A stretch of 61,791 nt of DNA, filler included, from Choristocarpus tenellus KU-1152 (Eukaryota > Protista > Phaeophyceae): assembly GCA_964200185.2 (NCBI GenBank). It is 11 parts of 11 records of this genome, joined end to end, with 100 filler letters (N's around TTAATTAATTAA, not from the genome) between each part and the next. Parts side by side here need not be neighbours in the genome. Positions count along the whole stretch, not along the records: positions 37,874 to 47,599 come from CAXNAD020003452.1; positions 47,700 to 53,291 come from CAXNAD020010312.1; 9 more parts are not named here. One strand, 5' to 3'. Made by a program: the position numbers and the translations under genes. Of this stretch, positions 37,940-51,079 are shown one piece after another (within the stretch, counting starts at the first letter, position 1; every line of letters begins with the position of its first letter). The notes beneath the pieces were generated by a model. The model was not told the DNA's origin, searched no databases, and worked only from the letters and a program-made list of their open reading frames with translations.

Positions 37940-40900
37940 ATCAGGGCAGCAAAGCCAGGCTAACCAGGGCAACAAGGCAGCGTGGAAGATGCAATCTCAG
38001 TTGCTCCTAACTGTGGCACGCGTGGTCACGGCTGCTCCTGCCCTAGTGGAGGAACTCTACAGGCATGGCACTCCAGCTCTGTTACGGGATATATTGTGTG
38101 ATTATGTGGACTGTGGGGTTGAGCCTGGGCCGGGGATAGGGACCAAAACTGGATTCGGAGGTGGGGGGCAGGGGGGGGAAGTGATAGTAGTTGATAGGAC
38201 TGCTGGGCCAAGTGAGGGGAAGAGGGAAGGAGGAGAGGGTGATGGCGAAGGGAGAAGGAGGATTGAGAATGGGATTACGAGTGATGGAGGTGCAGTGGTG
38301 AGTGTGAAAGGGGTGAATGTGAAAGGGGTGAATGCTCTCCTTTTTGTGGCGTGTTACCCTAGAGTTCAATGCCCTCGGAAATATTATGGCAAGAATTTTT
38401 TTTGCAATGCTGTGGATCTATGATGGGTAAAGTATGTCTTAGTGTGCAAGTATGTGGGAAGGATTTTGCTGTTTACTAGTAGACGATATAATTTTGTCAG
38501 GATTAACAAGTACCTGTACGGGAGCATGGGTAATATGGGGGAGACTCCACAATGTAATGGTTGGTATGTTCAGTTGAGCAAATAGAATGCATTTTTCCCA
38601 CCAAGATCTACACCTTGAAGCTCACCAATGCTAGGGAGGGATTGGATATCATTGTGGCATGTGTTAACTGCAACATTGCCTGTAACCCTAACCCTAACCC
38701 TTACCAAATTCTGAAGGGGAATCCTCCTGTGGCACCATCACACTGGGAGATTCCCCTCCTGGCCCATCGACATGTTGGAGAGTCCAGGCTCCATGCAGCC
38801 CTAAACCTGGCCGTGGCCATGTTGCCCCCTGGAGGGTGGGAAGGGTTAGGCAGCAAAGGAAGTGATAGAGCAGTATTACTGACCAAGGAAGAAGAGGAAG
38901 CCGCCATAGTTGCTGCAAGAGAAATCACTGCCAAAGCACATGCTGCTATGGCACCTAGTGAAGGTGCGAAGAACACTGCAACTGCAAGCGTTGATACTGC
39001 TGTTGATGTGGAAGGGTTGAAACATGCATCCAGGGCAGGAGAAGAGGCACTCGTAGGTGATATCATCTCCACCTGTGGATCAACAGATGACCATACTGGT
39101 GGGGAAAAGGATGCCAACTCCGTAAGAGTGGGGGAGATAATTGAGACTAGTACCAATGATAAACTAGCTGTACAACCCAATGCCAGCCCTGCTGTGGTGT
39201 TACCTGGTGTAGATGGTTCCAGTTCTCCTTCGTCTCTTAGCGTGGTAAAGGGGGCTGATGACACCGACATTGCTGGGGCAGGAGTGTGGACTGGGGCAGG
39301 GGGGGGTCATGCTACTTTCCCAGGGGCAACAGTAGGTGTAGCGGAAGTTCGGGGCATGTTGGCACTGGATGTCCTGGCCACTGCTGCAACTATGAACCCA
39401 AAATCATCTGCAGCACCCCAACCAAAATTGGCATCTTCAGGACAAGGGGAGAGAGAGGAGGAGACGAGGGGAGCAGTGTCTTCTATGAGGGGTTTGGAAG
39501 CCAACAATACCATTGCCAAAGATGTAGAAGAAGAGAGGCAAGGTGGAAAAGCAACGGAAGTGTCACCAACTGATGCAACTGCCTTTGGGGTATCCACTTC
39601 TTCCACAGCACTGGCGGTAGAAGATTTACCAACCATGGCACCAGTGCAGGATTTATCTGCAGTCAGAGCTCCTCTGGTGAAAACAGAACGCCAACCTGTA
39701 CCCAAAATCTCTGCTGAATCAGATACTTTGACAGCTGAGGCATCAATGGCATCCTCACTGGTGGGCGGGTCTGAGGGGTCTCAAGGGGTTGGAGAATGGG
39801 CCTGCTCTGCATGCACTCTCATAAATGGTGGAGGTAGGAGGAACTGTGAGCTCTGTGGAACCCCTAGTCTGAGGGCAGCAGCAGCAGCAGCAGAGGCAGA
39901 GGCAGCAGTGCACTCTGTTTGTTCTCGCGTGAGAAGGGAAGGGGGAAGGGCTGGGGCAGGGGCAGAGGAAGGGGGGCGGTTGTCGACCTCGGATCTGCTT
40001 CATGGGCGCCTGTCTGTTCCTTCCAGTTTTCGAGGACTGTGGGGGAAGGTAAGAGGAGTTTCAGTTTTGGGTTATAGGTGTAGATGATGCTAGAGAAAGG
40101 TGTGTGTGTGTGTTTGTGGGATAGGTAAAGAGTTTTGTGTAGAATTCTGCTTTCAGTGATGTGTTTACTAGTGCTGGCTTCCACACTCTGGGTTACATTC
40201 ATAGCACCATATATTTCTTTCGCTGATAATGCCCTGGTACTTTCTTTCCCTCTCAATACTGTCCTTTCCTCCTCCCCTTACATGCTGTAATCGGTACGTG
40301 TGTCTATTTTTGTGCACTCTTCTAGTACTCGCTGCTTTTGCCGCTTTGCTAAAGTATGTTGTAAATCTACCTCGCTTTACTCCTGTGCAGACATCAAACT
40401 TGTTTCGCACTCTACCTTGACCTTCAATAACAAAGTTGGATCCTTGAACGATTGAGGGGTGTCATAGAGCCTAGTCTAGTGATCATAGAGCCTAGTCTAG
40501 TGATCATAGAGCCTAGTCTAGTGATCATTGTGTACAACTTCTTCGTTGTGAGATTGTCCTGCGTATTATTTTGAGCCAATATGATGCTTTTGTCCCCCCT
40601 CAACCCCCCCTGGCCACTTCATTGCTGATTGGGTTGCCATGATAAACAGTCAGATCTTGATGAGGGGGATGAAGAAGAAGATTCAGCAGGGCCTGAGGAT
40701 CATGGTGACACTGACACCAGCAATGAAGGAGAAGATAGGAGAGAGGGAAGAGAAGGGGAAGGGAAACGTGGGGGGCGTGATGGAGGCGGCAGCCGTACTC
40801 GCCCATCATGCAATGATGGGGTAGTGAGGAAGATGGATGTAGTAAGGGAGGAGAGTAATGGGTTCACTCTCTTGTGCTTGCGACATATGTACGGGGAGAA

Positions 40901-43900
40901 TTCGGGTTGGTATGAGGTGGGTTATTTTGAATTGCTTTTTGTAATAGACTGCACTTATGGTGAACTTTGCAAATACAGAGAGTGAGAGGAAGAGGACCTT
41001 CAGGGTACAAGACAATGAGATTGAGGCAATGCTTACAGATCACTTTGTCACGTTGAGCCAACGAAATGTGTTCACTCTGCAACTTGTCAGATACCCTCAA
41101 TCTCAATCTCAGTGTCTTTGCGTTATTATTACAGAACAGTAGTCCAATCTAGCCTCTATACTTCTGTAGAAGCAACATTGTAGAGGGGTGACGGATTAGC
41201 AGTTATGTGTATTTACTGGGGATGAGTTACTAAAAGGGCAAGTATGCCAGTGCGTAACAGTTGCAATATTCGAGGGCCTTTTATGACCTCAATTCCCACT
41301 TGTTTTGAGTGCTTGAAATTTCATCAGAAGTTGTCAACACAGGGCATGTTCTATTGCTCCAGCTGGAACAACAAATAGTCTTCAAATGCAACTGTATTAG
41401 ACTTTGCGCTTCCTTTCTCCCCACAGTGGAAGGTGCAGTCTGGGGCTTTCATTTCTTACATTGTTTCCGAGGTGAAAGTTTGTAAGAATGAGTGCATTAT
41501 CATACATAGCACACCCAGATTTTTCCCCTTCAACATTACTTCAGACCAAAATACCTTACTCCATAGTTACGCACACAGAGGAAAATGCTGAGTTTGTCGT
41601 CTTCATTGTGTCCTGCATTTGTGCTGATTATTTGCTGATTATTTGAGAAGTCACTAGACGAGAGGCTACGTTATCCGTTATTCCCATTGCAATCTCCCGG
41701 TGATAACATATCCTTGGTGTGTACCCAAGGTAATTGCTTTCAGATAAATGCACGCACCACCTCTACATGTAACCCCACATAAATCTTTTACGTCTGCATG
41801 ATGACGTCCTGTGCGTGTATTTCTGTTTTAGGAATTCTGTGAGGCTCTGCTGATTCCTATTCTGCGCATAGTGTCAGCCAGTCACACACGGAAATCCATC
41901 ACGCTGGCTACGAGTGTTCTTTCATCTCTTCATGAGCACCGCCCTTCCTGCCTTTTGTTCAAGGTCAGTGTGTGAGGGTTGGAGTGTGTGTTTGATGGAG
42001 ATCAGCAATTGTAGTTTTGATGGCTTAGGGTTAGGGTGTACTGTTTTTGTTCGAGTGCATTTGATCGGTTTGGGCTTTGTACCCACCATTGCATGTTCCT
42101 CCAGCGTGGTATTGGGTTCAGTAAGCAGCTGCAGACAAGCTGCCCTTTGTCCCACCTGAAATAATTTGACCTTGAGCTGTCAAATCTTCACCTCAAGTGG
42201 GACTCCAACTGAGCTGATTGAAACAAGAGGTACCCAGGGTGAGGGTTTCGAGGATGCTGACAAAAGTGCAACATTTGAATTTTTGTTCAAATTCTTACAG
42301 GGATTTTACTGAATTCTTTTGAGAAATTTGATGAGTAGAGGATCAACGATCTGATGCTAAACTTACCACTTCATCCATAGAAATATGGATGGATTTCAAA
42401 AGACTAACAAGAACTGATTAAGATTCATAATGGCCAATACCTTGGTACCTTTCATTTACTTTGACTCACTGCTTGACCTTGAGTTGTTTGCTGAGGTGCC
42501 ACTTTATTGTATCCACCAGTAGATACTGGTTGTGATATCAACACAATCACTGACTGAGCCTCTTGAGATTGACAAATCTATCGATCTGCTTGAACTGCTG
42601 CGCTGCAGCCTTAGCCTGCATCATGTGTGCTCCTGTTTGTGGTACCTGGAAGCACACGATGTCCGTCTTCTTCTGAGACATAGTGCATTGAATGCACCGC
42701 GCATCATTACAGTAGTTGCCATCATCTTGCCAATTCACCAGCATAGACCATGCCCCAGAGTTGTATTGTCCCAGCAAAAGCGTGTCCTCCCTCCCTTTCC
42801 ATCTTCCTGAATGGACAGGTGATTATTCTCTGCTCTCCTGATGTAGACAAGGCCTTTTCAGGGACAACCCCTTTGACACTGAACCTCACAATTGCCGCAG
42901 TAAGCACTGTAGTTAAGATGCTGAACAGCAATGATGCAAGGACACACCCTTGGGAAAGGCCTTCCTCAATGCAATAGCAGCGTTTGTTCTCTCCGTCCAT
43001 ACTTTCACAAGCTTGCATTTCAAGATAGGATTGACTTGCAGCTGAAATCATCTTGGCAGGCACACCAAACTTGGCCAGTACAGTTGAAAGAGTCTCATGT
43101 CCTAGGGGAACTTCTTTTGTCCATGGTCCTACAAGATAAACACAAACATAATGTCAGCTGGGTCTTCAACATTCCTGGCAGTAACCAAGCACCCCAACTT
43201 TTCCTCATGCAGTATTCCCTCCAGCTCAAAATAGACTCCCAGGCATAGTGTGGCATCTTTGAGAAGTACCTTACTGACATGTACCACCATTGAAACACAC
43301 CTGCAGTTTCCACATTCAGCAACAATATATTCATGTAGGATATGGAGAACACTGTCTCTCCATCCCAGTGGTTCGGTAGCAGTCATTTGTCTTAAATTCA
43401 AGGAGGTGTACAAGCAGATGCCTTCTTACAGTTTGTACTGCCCTAATACATACGACTGATTGTTTCCCTGCCAAACACAAATCGAAATATAGTACACTGC
43501 ATTTCTTTTATTCTGAATGTGAATTCTGAAAGTCCCATAGTTTCAGTTTCTGTTAACCACACTTGCAATGATAATAAGAATGCTCTAACTAGGAGACTGT
43601 GATCTGCCATCCATAATGTTGTTTTTTTTAATGAAATTGCAGATACCACTGGTCTATATCTGCCTTGTTGATAGTACTTGTCGTTTTGATACACAACCCT
43701 AGAAATGCCTCCCTTGCTGTGCCTTCCACACACAACCTTGGCCAGCTGTTCCTCGTGCTGCTTTACGACCCTAACCGCTATGGTACTATGATCTGCAATT
43801 TTTGGGGGGATTGGGGGACTGTATGTCCTTCCTCCAATACATATTTCTGTTTATTTTCAATTGTACAGAAAGTGGCAAATGACTTGGCTGCAGCAGTTGC

Positions 43901-46900
43901 ATGCCTCATGAGCATGGGCAGTGGACGCAGTGTGGCATTGTGTGCTGGGGCAGTCGCGATGGCGACTACATTGCTTTCACATTGCAGTGGCTGGAGGGAG
44001 GAGGAGGGGGTTGGGGGGCAAGAGAAAGCTGTGGATGCTTTGCACAACGTTGTGCAGGAAGAGGGGCAGGATGGCAAGGAGAGGGCGGCCCTAATAAAAT
44101 CTCCCTCTCCTAGGGAATTTCAAGGGAAGGTTGTGGAAGGTGTCCATAAAAGTGGAGACCCTGTGTTGTACAGGCAACTCTTCTTGCGTCATGGCGTGGT
44201 GAAGTTGGTGAGAGACTGGACAACAAGGTGTATCCCTTTTTACAATGATGTCCCACATGAAGTATAACTATTTAGTTCTAGAGTGCTAATTGTACACATT
44301 GTAACAATGACTATGGAGTATCTACATAGTGATATTGTGGTGCTGTTTACCAGACAGTTGCGCATTCATGCGCCTCGTTATTTTCCTGGTTCCTGAGTTC
44401 CCTAACCCTAACCCTAATTCCGCAAGTTCTGAAAAGTCGCCTTAGTGTGTCATTCCTCTTTTGTTAAGGTGTTCTTTGTGTTTTGCACTCTGCTTCACTC
44501 CATCATTGCCCTGCTGGAGTTAACGTGACAAGAGCATGTTACAAGATTTTTCACACCTCATACCCCTTGCAACGACATGTTTTGCTGTCACTTCTGATTC
44601 ATTTACACCAGCACGGCTTCACCCCCCTCTCCCCTCGAACTACCCTCACATGGCAAGGTTGACCAAATGGCGTCTGCCCTTGGGGATGAGGGTGATCTGA
44701 CTGTTGCCCCTACCCCTGAGGTGGACATGGTTGGACTAGCTCACCCTCAGGGGAAGTCAATGGTAGCCCCGGGTGCTGATTGCAGTGGCGAAAGCGATGA
44801 TAGGTTCTCCAATGGAGAAGGCGGTGAAATCCTGACATCACTACAGGTGGGTACATCGTTCCATTCGAAATTTGCAGTTTGAAGTATTCCAGAAAATGCA
44901 AATGACGTATTCTTATGTAGAGCTGTATGTCCTGTGATATATTTGTGTACTTAGTACTCTGGAGCATTTTAGGTTGACAGTTGTAGTACAAGTGGATGAG
45001 AGGCTATATATTCAAATACTATAGAGGGAATCCACGCCAAGTGGTGAGAGCAAATCGGAAATAATCGCAGCTGCAGGTCATGTCACACCTCTCGGGGTGC
45101 TGAAAATAGATTTCAAATTTGCTTGATTGGTGCCAGTCACCGGAGCCCTTTTTGATTTGCCCCTTTTCTTTTATCATTAAAAAAAAATAAGATATCGAAA
45201 TAATTGTGGGACATCTGGTGCACTGGTTTTGGATCTTCTTTTTTCTACTGTCTCTCTGAATCATGCCTTGGATTGTGGTCAGAGGTTTCCTGTGAGATTC
45301 CAGGGCAGTTTTTCCGCCCAGAATTTATAAACCAAACACCTGACTGATTTTGTAATCATCCGAAAGGATTTTCTGTGTTAGTATGGCCCCAGCATTCTGA
45401 CTTGCAGCTGCGATCACAGCTCTTTCAATGTCTAGGAGATCACCCTGGAAAATGTCTATTTTTTATATTATTGCGCACATCCTGCTTCTCAAAACTTCCC
45501 AAAACTTCCCAAAACAAGTACGAGTAGTGTTTTATTTCTTTGGCAAGCCCCTTTGCATCTGTATGTGAAGGAAAGTTTGGAAAACAAACAAACATGAAAC
45601 CGTTGCTGTTAGCCCTCTTTTTATCTGCAAGGTTTGGTAAGGTTTAGTTTTATTTTGGGGGGAGGGAGTGATGCTGTTGGTGGCTCCTGTGCAAAGTGAC
45701 TCATCTGTTTGTTACCCGTATTTTACGGAGCTTTTCATCAGAGTGGAAAAATATGAACAGTTTGATCCACATGCCAGCCCTGAAGCTTTTTTTCTGACAG
45801 CCCAGTTCAAGGCTATAAACTATCTCTACAGTATGGTCCTCAGGTTGGCCATGTTGAAGTATTTTTGGACAAGGATGGTCTCAGGCCATGTCCCATTTCT
45901 ATATTTAGGTCCGCTGGTTGGGTCAGTGTCATCTCTGACTGGGCTGAGTCTAATGGGTCGGTTGGGTTGGTTGGGCTGCGTCACTGTGAATTATGAAATG
46001 TGTCAAATGTTGACAAATATGTTGAGTATTCTTGTAATATGAAGTTGGCACAGTTGTACTGCCTTTATATGTGGAAATTAGTGAAATGGGCGCTTGGAAT
46101 CTTCACCTGTCGAGCTTGATTTTCAAACTCTGGAGGATATGTGTCCGCAAGACCTGTCAATAGGCATGTATGGGAAGCATTTATGTTACTTAACACTTCA
46201 TGCGTGGTAAGGGTGTGTACACTCCTTGTCTTTCCCCCGACAGCATATGAAAAATATCAGCGGTAGTGGATGCTGCAGTATATATATATATATATATACT
46301 GTGATTTGAACTGGGATGACTCGATGATGTTCGTGTATTTCAAGTTGAAGAATTAACCGAGAGTTTGATTGAATTTTTTTCAGTTTTTTCAATTGTTAGA
46401 TTATCTAATACAGTGTCTATGTGCGCTAAGCACTTCACTTTAAACATTTCAGAATTGACAGTGTTTCCTCACAATCCCCTGATGATTTGATTTGATTTGA
46501 TGATTTTGATGAAGCACTTTGTCTGCTTCGATTGAATTGAATTCATCGAGGCTTTTCAAGCTGATTGATAAAATGCTCGTGAATTCCTTTCAATCAGAAC
46601 ACTTTTTTTAATGCTTTCGCCTGAACGTTTCCCTTGTGTGGGGGTGAACCTTATAGTGTTCAGTATTGCATTGTTGACAAGGCACTCCAATTCTAGCCTG
46701 GAGAGTCTTTTTCTCTCTGCTGTCTGGCTGGACCACTACCCTGCATTGAGTTTTGTTGCCTTCTCTTCTACATGCAGTAAGAATCTTGAATTTGGGTTAG
46801 AGGAGATTGCAAAGTTTTGGCAAGAAAACACTGCATCCACCATGATATCCTAAGCCGTAATGAAAATGTTGTTACATGTTCGTGCATTGTGATTGGCTCA

Positions 46901-47516
46901 TCACTTATTTGCTACTCTGGACTCACAATGTGTATCTTCACATTGTAGTGTGGCAGTCCCTCATGAGGACTGAGTCAGGAAAGAGTCAACCCGACATGTT
47001 TTAACTGGGCTGGCCCTATAGAGAATAATCCAACAAGTTCTGTCCAGGGATGTCAAGTTATTTCTATGGGCTAGTCAGTACGCCAGGCGGACTTTTCACA
47101 GACCGGGTCATGACCCTAGATAATCGTTCTTGTTTACTGCTGCCCATCCACTGATCTATTACTCCCATTCCTCTCAAAGTAGTTGGTGCTCCTCGCCAAG
47201 ATCATGGTTTGTATTGCTGAGTATTGTCGAGATTGAAGGGATAGGACACTAGTTGAGAGGGCAAACGAGTCTGATCCTTCATTCTATCGGTGTAGTGATC
47301 CTTTTCATTCTACTTTTTACCCAATAATTGTTGTTGGGTTGACTTGGCCGCTGTGACTGCTATGTCGACCACCAGGGCATTGCCACCAGGCTACAACAGT
47401 CCAGAGTGCGATCTGTCTTGCCAACTCATGATGCAGTGCTGATGAAGCAAGACCAACTTGTGCCAACGATTAGACAACAATTGGAGCCAGGGACAAGCAT
47501 TAGCAATACTTCACAG
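37940..47516 (+). CDS. Partial gene, probable TRIP12/UFD4/UPL3-like HECT E3 ubiquitin ligase N-terminal ARM region with RanBP2-type zinc finger; exons ~37940-38297, ~38717-40048, ~40620-40916, ~41832-41915, 43870-44228, 44659-44847, ~47400-47516
   Basis: WACSACTLIN....RNCELCGTP zinc finger; LLRDIL, LNLAVAMLP, EFCEALLIPILRIVSAS and LFLRHGVVKLV resemble TRIP12/UPL3 ARM segments. No HECT domain lies in the window. Confidence 0.55.
40462..40528. repeat. Minisatellite, 3.2 x 21 bp TCATAGAGCCTAGTCTAGTGA
   Basis: Three perfect copies in an intron. Confidence 0.95.
42050..43450 (-). mobile_element. Decayed intronic LINE (RTE-like) reverse transcriptase fragment
   Basis: EGLSQGCVLASLLFSI (GLRQGCVLAPLLFNI motif) and LWGMVYAGE (YADD motif, decayed); multiple stops and frameshifts. 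Confidence 0.8.
44400..44417. repeat. Interstitial telomeric tract (CCCTAA)3; others at ~27343, 34716, 38685, 42025, 50408-50450, 55011, 55128-55156, 57180
   Basis: 2-4 CCCTAA/TTAGGG units at each site. Confidence 0.75.
45020..45440. mobile_element. Possible decayed MITE
   Basis: ATCGCAGCTGCAGGTCA (~45064) is inverted relative to TGACTTGCAGCTGCGAT (~45398). Confidence 0.4.
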
Positions 47517-47725
47517 GTCTGTATGTATGTTTGCATCTACATATGGGTACCTTCCACCCCCCACCCCCCACCCCCGCCCCCCCCCCCCCCCCCCCACCCN
47601 NNNNNNNNNNNNNNNNNNNNNNNNNNNNNNNNNNNNNNNNNNNTTAATTAATTAANNNNNNNNNNNNNNNNNNNNNNNNNNNNNNNNNNNNNNNNNNNNA
47701 CAGCCGGTGTGTACACGGTTGGAAA

Positions 47726-47816
47726 TGTTGAAACACTAGTAAACCCCTGAACTACCGAGCAGATAGTCAGGCTGACTATCTGCTCGGTAGTTCAGGGGTT
47801 TACTAGTGTTTCAACA
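47726..47816. repeat. Perfect palindrome, 45-bp arms with 1-nt spacer
   Basis: TGTTGAAACACTAGTAAACCCCTGAACTACCGAGCAGATAGTCAG-G-CTGACTATCTGCTCGGTAGTTCAGGGGTTTACTAGTGTTTCAACA. Confidence 0.97.
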
Positions 47817-48014
47817 AAAGCTACTCTCGGGGATCGCAAGTTGTTAGACTTGTAGAGGTTTCGCCTGAGGGTTGCTATCCCTCTAATCAGTGACCAGCTG
47901 CGGCGGGGTATTTACTAGGTGAGGTTGTGTATCCTGGCGGCGCGTTTTAGCCTTTCGACGGATGTGACCTCGGTGAGATTCGATCCCACGAGAGTAGTGT
48001 GTCAACAGGAAACG

Positions 48015-48410
48015 CAAATACATCCAGGGCATCGAATCTGCAAATGTTGGTATTACCACTGCTGGCAGCTGATGTGCACGCGGTTGCAAATGAACAAAAA
48101 AAGAGTGCATCGAATCTGACAATGTTGGTACTACAATTGCTGACAGTCGGTGTATGCGGTTAAAAAGGTCAAATACAGGGTAAATGAATTTGTCAATGTT
48201 GGTGTTCCTAGCATTGACAGGTGGTGTGTACACGGTTAGAAACGGAAATAAATCCAGGGCATCGAATCTGAAAATGTTGGTATTACTACTGCTGACCGGA
48301 GATGTGTACACGGTCGGAAATGCAAGCAAACACAGGGCATCGGGTTTATGTATGTTGGTGACACCACCATATGTAGCTGGTGTGTACACCGTTGTAAAGG
48401 TAACAAATAC
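48015..48410. repeat. Degenerate tandem array, ~5 units of ~75-78 bp
   Basis: Recurring AGGGCATCGAATCTG..AATGTTGGTA.TAC.ACTGCTG...GGTGTGTACACGGTT; a partial unit at 47700-47725. Confidence 0.8.
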
Positions 48411-48722
48411 AGCAACTTGGGTGCACTATCATGTCAGCCACATGCTAATATATGCTACGTGAACGAACGATAGCTGCAACATCTGCCAAAGGCCCTAAAT
48501 CATGACGGTGTGTTTGCGATATTGGTCATTCAGAGACGCCCAAATGTAGGCTGCACAAAGGGTGAACGTTTCTTGTATTGAGACTCACCTTATGGTTCCC
48601 TTTGGAGGCATTGCGGCGTTCGGTGGTTGGACTAAGCCTCTCAGTTGATTGCGGGATGTCTGCATCGGGTGGGCACGTTCAAAATGGAACAGGACAAACA
48701 AACGGAAGGAGAGAGAAAAAAT

Positions 48723-48980
48723 GAGTGAAAGTATCTTAGAGGGTACGAGATTTGGCCTGTTTGTCCATTTGGGGCTTGGCTTCCCTTGAAGTTCTTACGA
48801 CATTTTTCTACTCCAAAATATTTCGGATTAGGTAAAATGTATATGTTCTGAAAAGCTGTGTCCTGAACAAGGATATTGACACTTCCTAACAAACACGATA
48901 GTCAAAATTATATCGAAATCGCAACATTGGATTTTGGCCCCCAAATGGACGCGGCTTTACCCTCTAAGATACTTTGGCTC
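48723..48980 (+). mobile_element. MITE family A copy 3
   Basis: GAGTGAAAGTATCTTAGAGGGTAC...TACCCTCTAAGATACTTTGGCTC; flanks AAAT/AATA (imperfect TSD). Confidence 0.9.
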
Positions 48981-51079
48981 AATATTTTCCGCATGGAGTT
49001 AGGCCCAGAGAGAATGGCATGCCGCGGTCGGTTCACATCATCCTCCAGCCGTGCGCACCTGATCACCTTGCACAAAGTGGAAGACGTTTCGTCTTTTTAC
49101 CTTACGACACACCCGGTATTCAGTGTCACGTACAGCACACAGGGTTAGCCACAGATGACCCCGATTCTCACGAAAGGGCTATTTTTTTTCGATTATGTAA
49201 CAACTTCACAATATTCAATCAAATAACAACCGCCTTGATGGAATGTTGAATTTAGTTTTATCTCCTTGACAGACATTTCACTTTGAATTTGATTACTTAT
49301 TAAATTAATGATTTTTTAATACACTGAAGTAGGAAGACTTACTGAACTAAAGAGTTTTCATAGTGACGTTCATGAAGAGGTTGTTTTAAAAGAGATTGAA
49401 AGGTTGAATAATAATAATGAGGTACCTACCTGGTATCATAATTCAATTACCTTTGCCACCTCGTATGAACAAATCCCAAGTAATAATGTCAATCAATCCT
49501 AGCAAAGATGTTGACAGTTTTCATCCAATTAATATTGGATTATGATATGGTTCTTATACACATCGTTTTTTTCCTATTAATGAATAGTATGTGTTTTGTG
49601 GTTATAAACATTTTAGTTGGGGTGCTCCTTTCCATCGGGAATAAAAAAGGATATTTAATAAAGGTTATTTTACTCTCTTCACATATGTTTTGAAGTTTCT
49701 ATGCATGTCTACGATGGTGTCGAACCAGAACAAATACAGGCATAAAATATGTATGTATGTATACATGTAACTCTCCATGCACTATTTCTTCATTGGTGTG
49801 AGAGGGTCAAAACTTAGATTTTGCATCTTTTTTTTCATACAATTTCGGTAGTGTAGAAATATATTGTAATGCAAATCAAAAAAAACTTTTGCCAAACCAC
49901 ATATGCGACAAAACCCCACACTCCCTCACTCTGTCGACAACAAACCAACGGGCCTGGACAATAATATAGAGGAATCGTTGTCGCCGTTCTTCGAGAGGAC
50001 CACACCTATCGCACTGCAGATGTACGATGAGGACCCGCCAGCCACTGGGGGATCTCGCTAAAAACGGGAATGAACTCGTGGACTCCGGAGGGGTAGACCT
50101 CAGGGCATCGCAAAGGCAAGGCCAGGCCTCCGTCGCAGCGAGACACACTCCAATGTAACCTGTGTGTTCTGGAATTACCTGAATGAGGGATGGTCACCAT
50201 ATCCTTCCGAAAACACACATTTGCGTCGAAATCAGAGAGATGTGGTGTTCACCAGTTCCACCATAGTTCGGAACCGATGACGCAAAAGATCTCCCATCAA
50301 GGTCAGAACGAAACCCAACGACGAAGTTTGTGTTCCCCGATATCCGTGTTTCGATATGTATTGGAACCAAACGATGTTCCTTCCAGTTCCTGTTTCCGAT
50401 CCTCCCAACCCTAGCACTGTCCCAACCCTAACCCTGTGCCCTAACCCTGACACTGTCTCTCACCCTTACACAATAATGAAATTATGCCAAGTCATGTTTC
50501 GCCCCTCCGTCATCTGCTCGCCTCATGTCATTTTCGCCGTACTTTATCGTTCGACAAAGTATGGCAAAAAGTGCGGCTGTCCACATACTAACCTCTTTGA
50601 AGCCGCACGCCTCCAAACCATCGTTCTCGACTTACCACTTCATCGCAACCTCACATGCACACACCTGTGTTCAATTGCTACCCTTGTAGAACGCATGTCA
50701 ACCATGATCGCACGCTTCTCATGGTCGTCCGTCTTGTAAGAACATTCACCAGTTAGTGCTTCTCCTGCCCATTCTGCTTCCTCTCTCAAACTGCAAAAAA
50801 AGGTTCCCAAAGTACCAACAAACTTAGTAGCTTGTCAATTCACGCGACTGACCCTGGGAACAAGAGCCTCCTTTTATTCATTACCACTTTCATACTACTC
50901 AGTTTATTTCTGTTTCTGTTTTCTACAACTCAATGCAGAATCAGGGATATAGCACAGTGGTATACGCAGACTCTTGCGATGATATTGCTAAACTCAATCG
51001 CGAACCCATATCCCCCACAGAGAAAGGGGCGCATACGATGGTATGCGCGTGTGGGGATACGTGCTAACCAACATCACAT

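Noticed and set aside
40462-40528. CRISPR-like array
   Set aside because: Head-to-tail 21-bp repeats with no spacers, no cas genes and a eukaryotic intron context.
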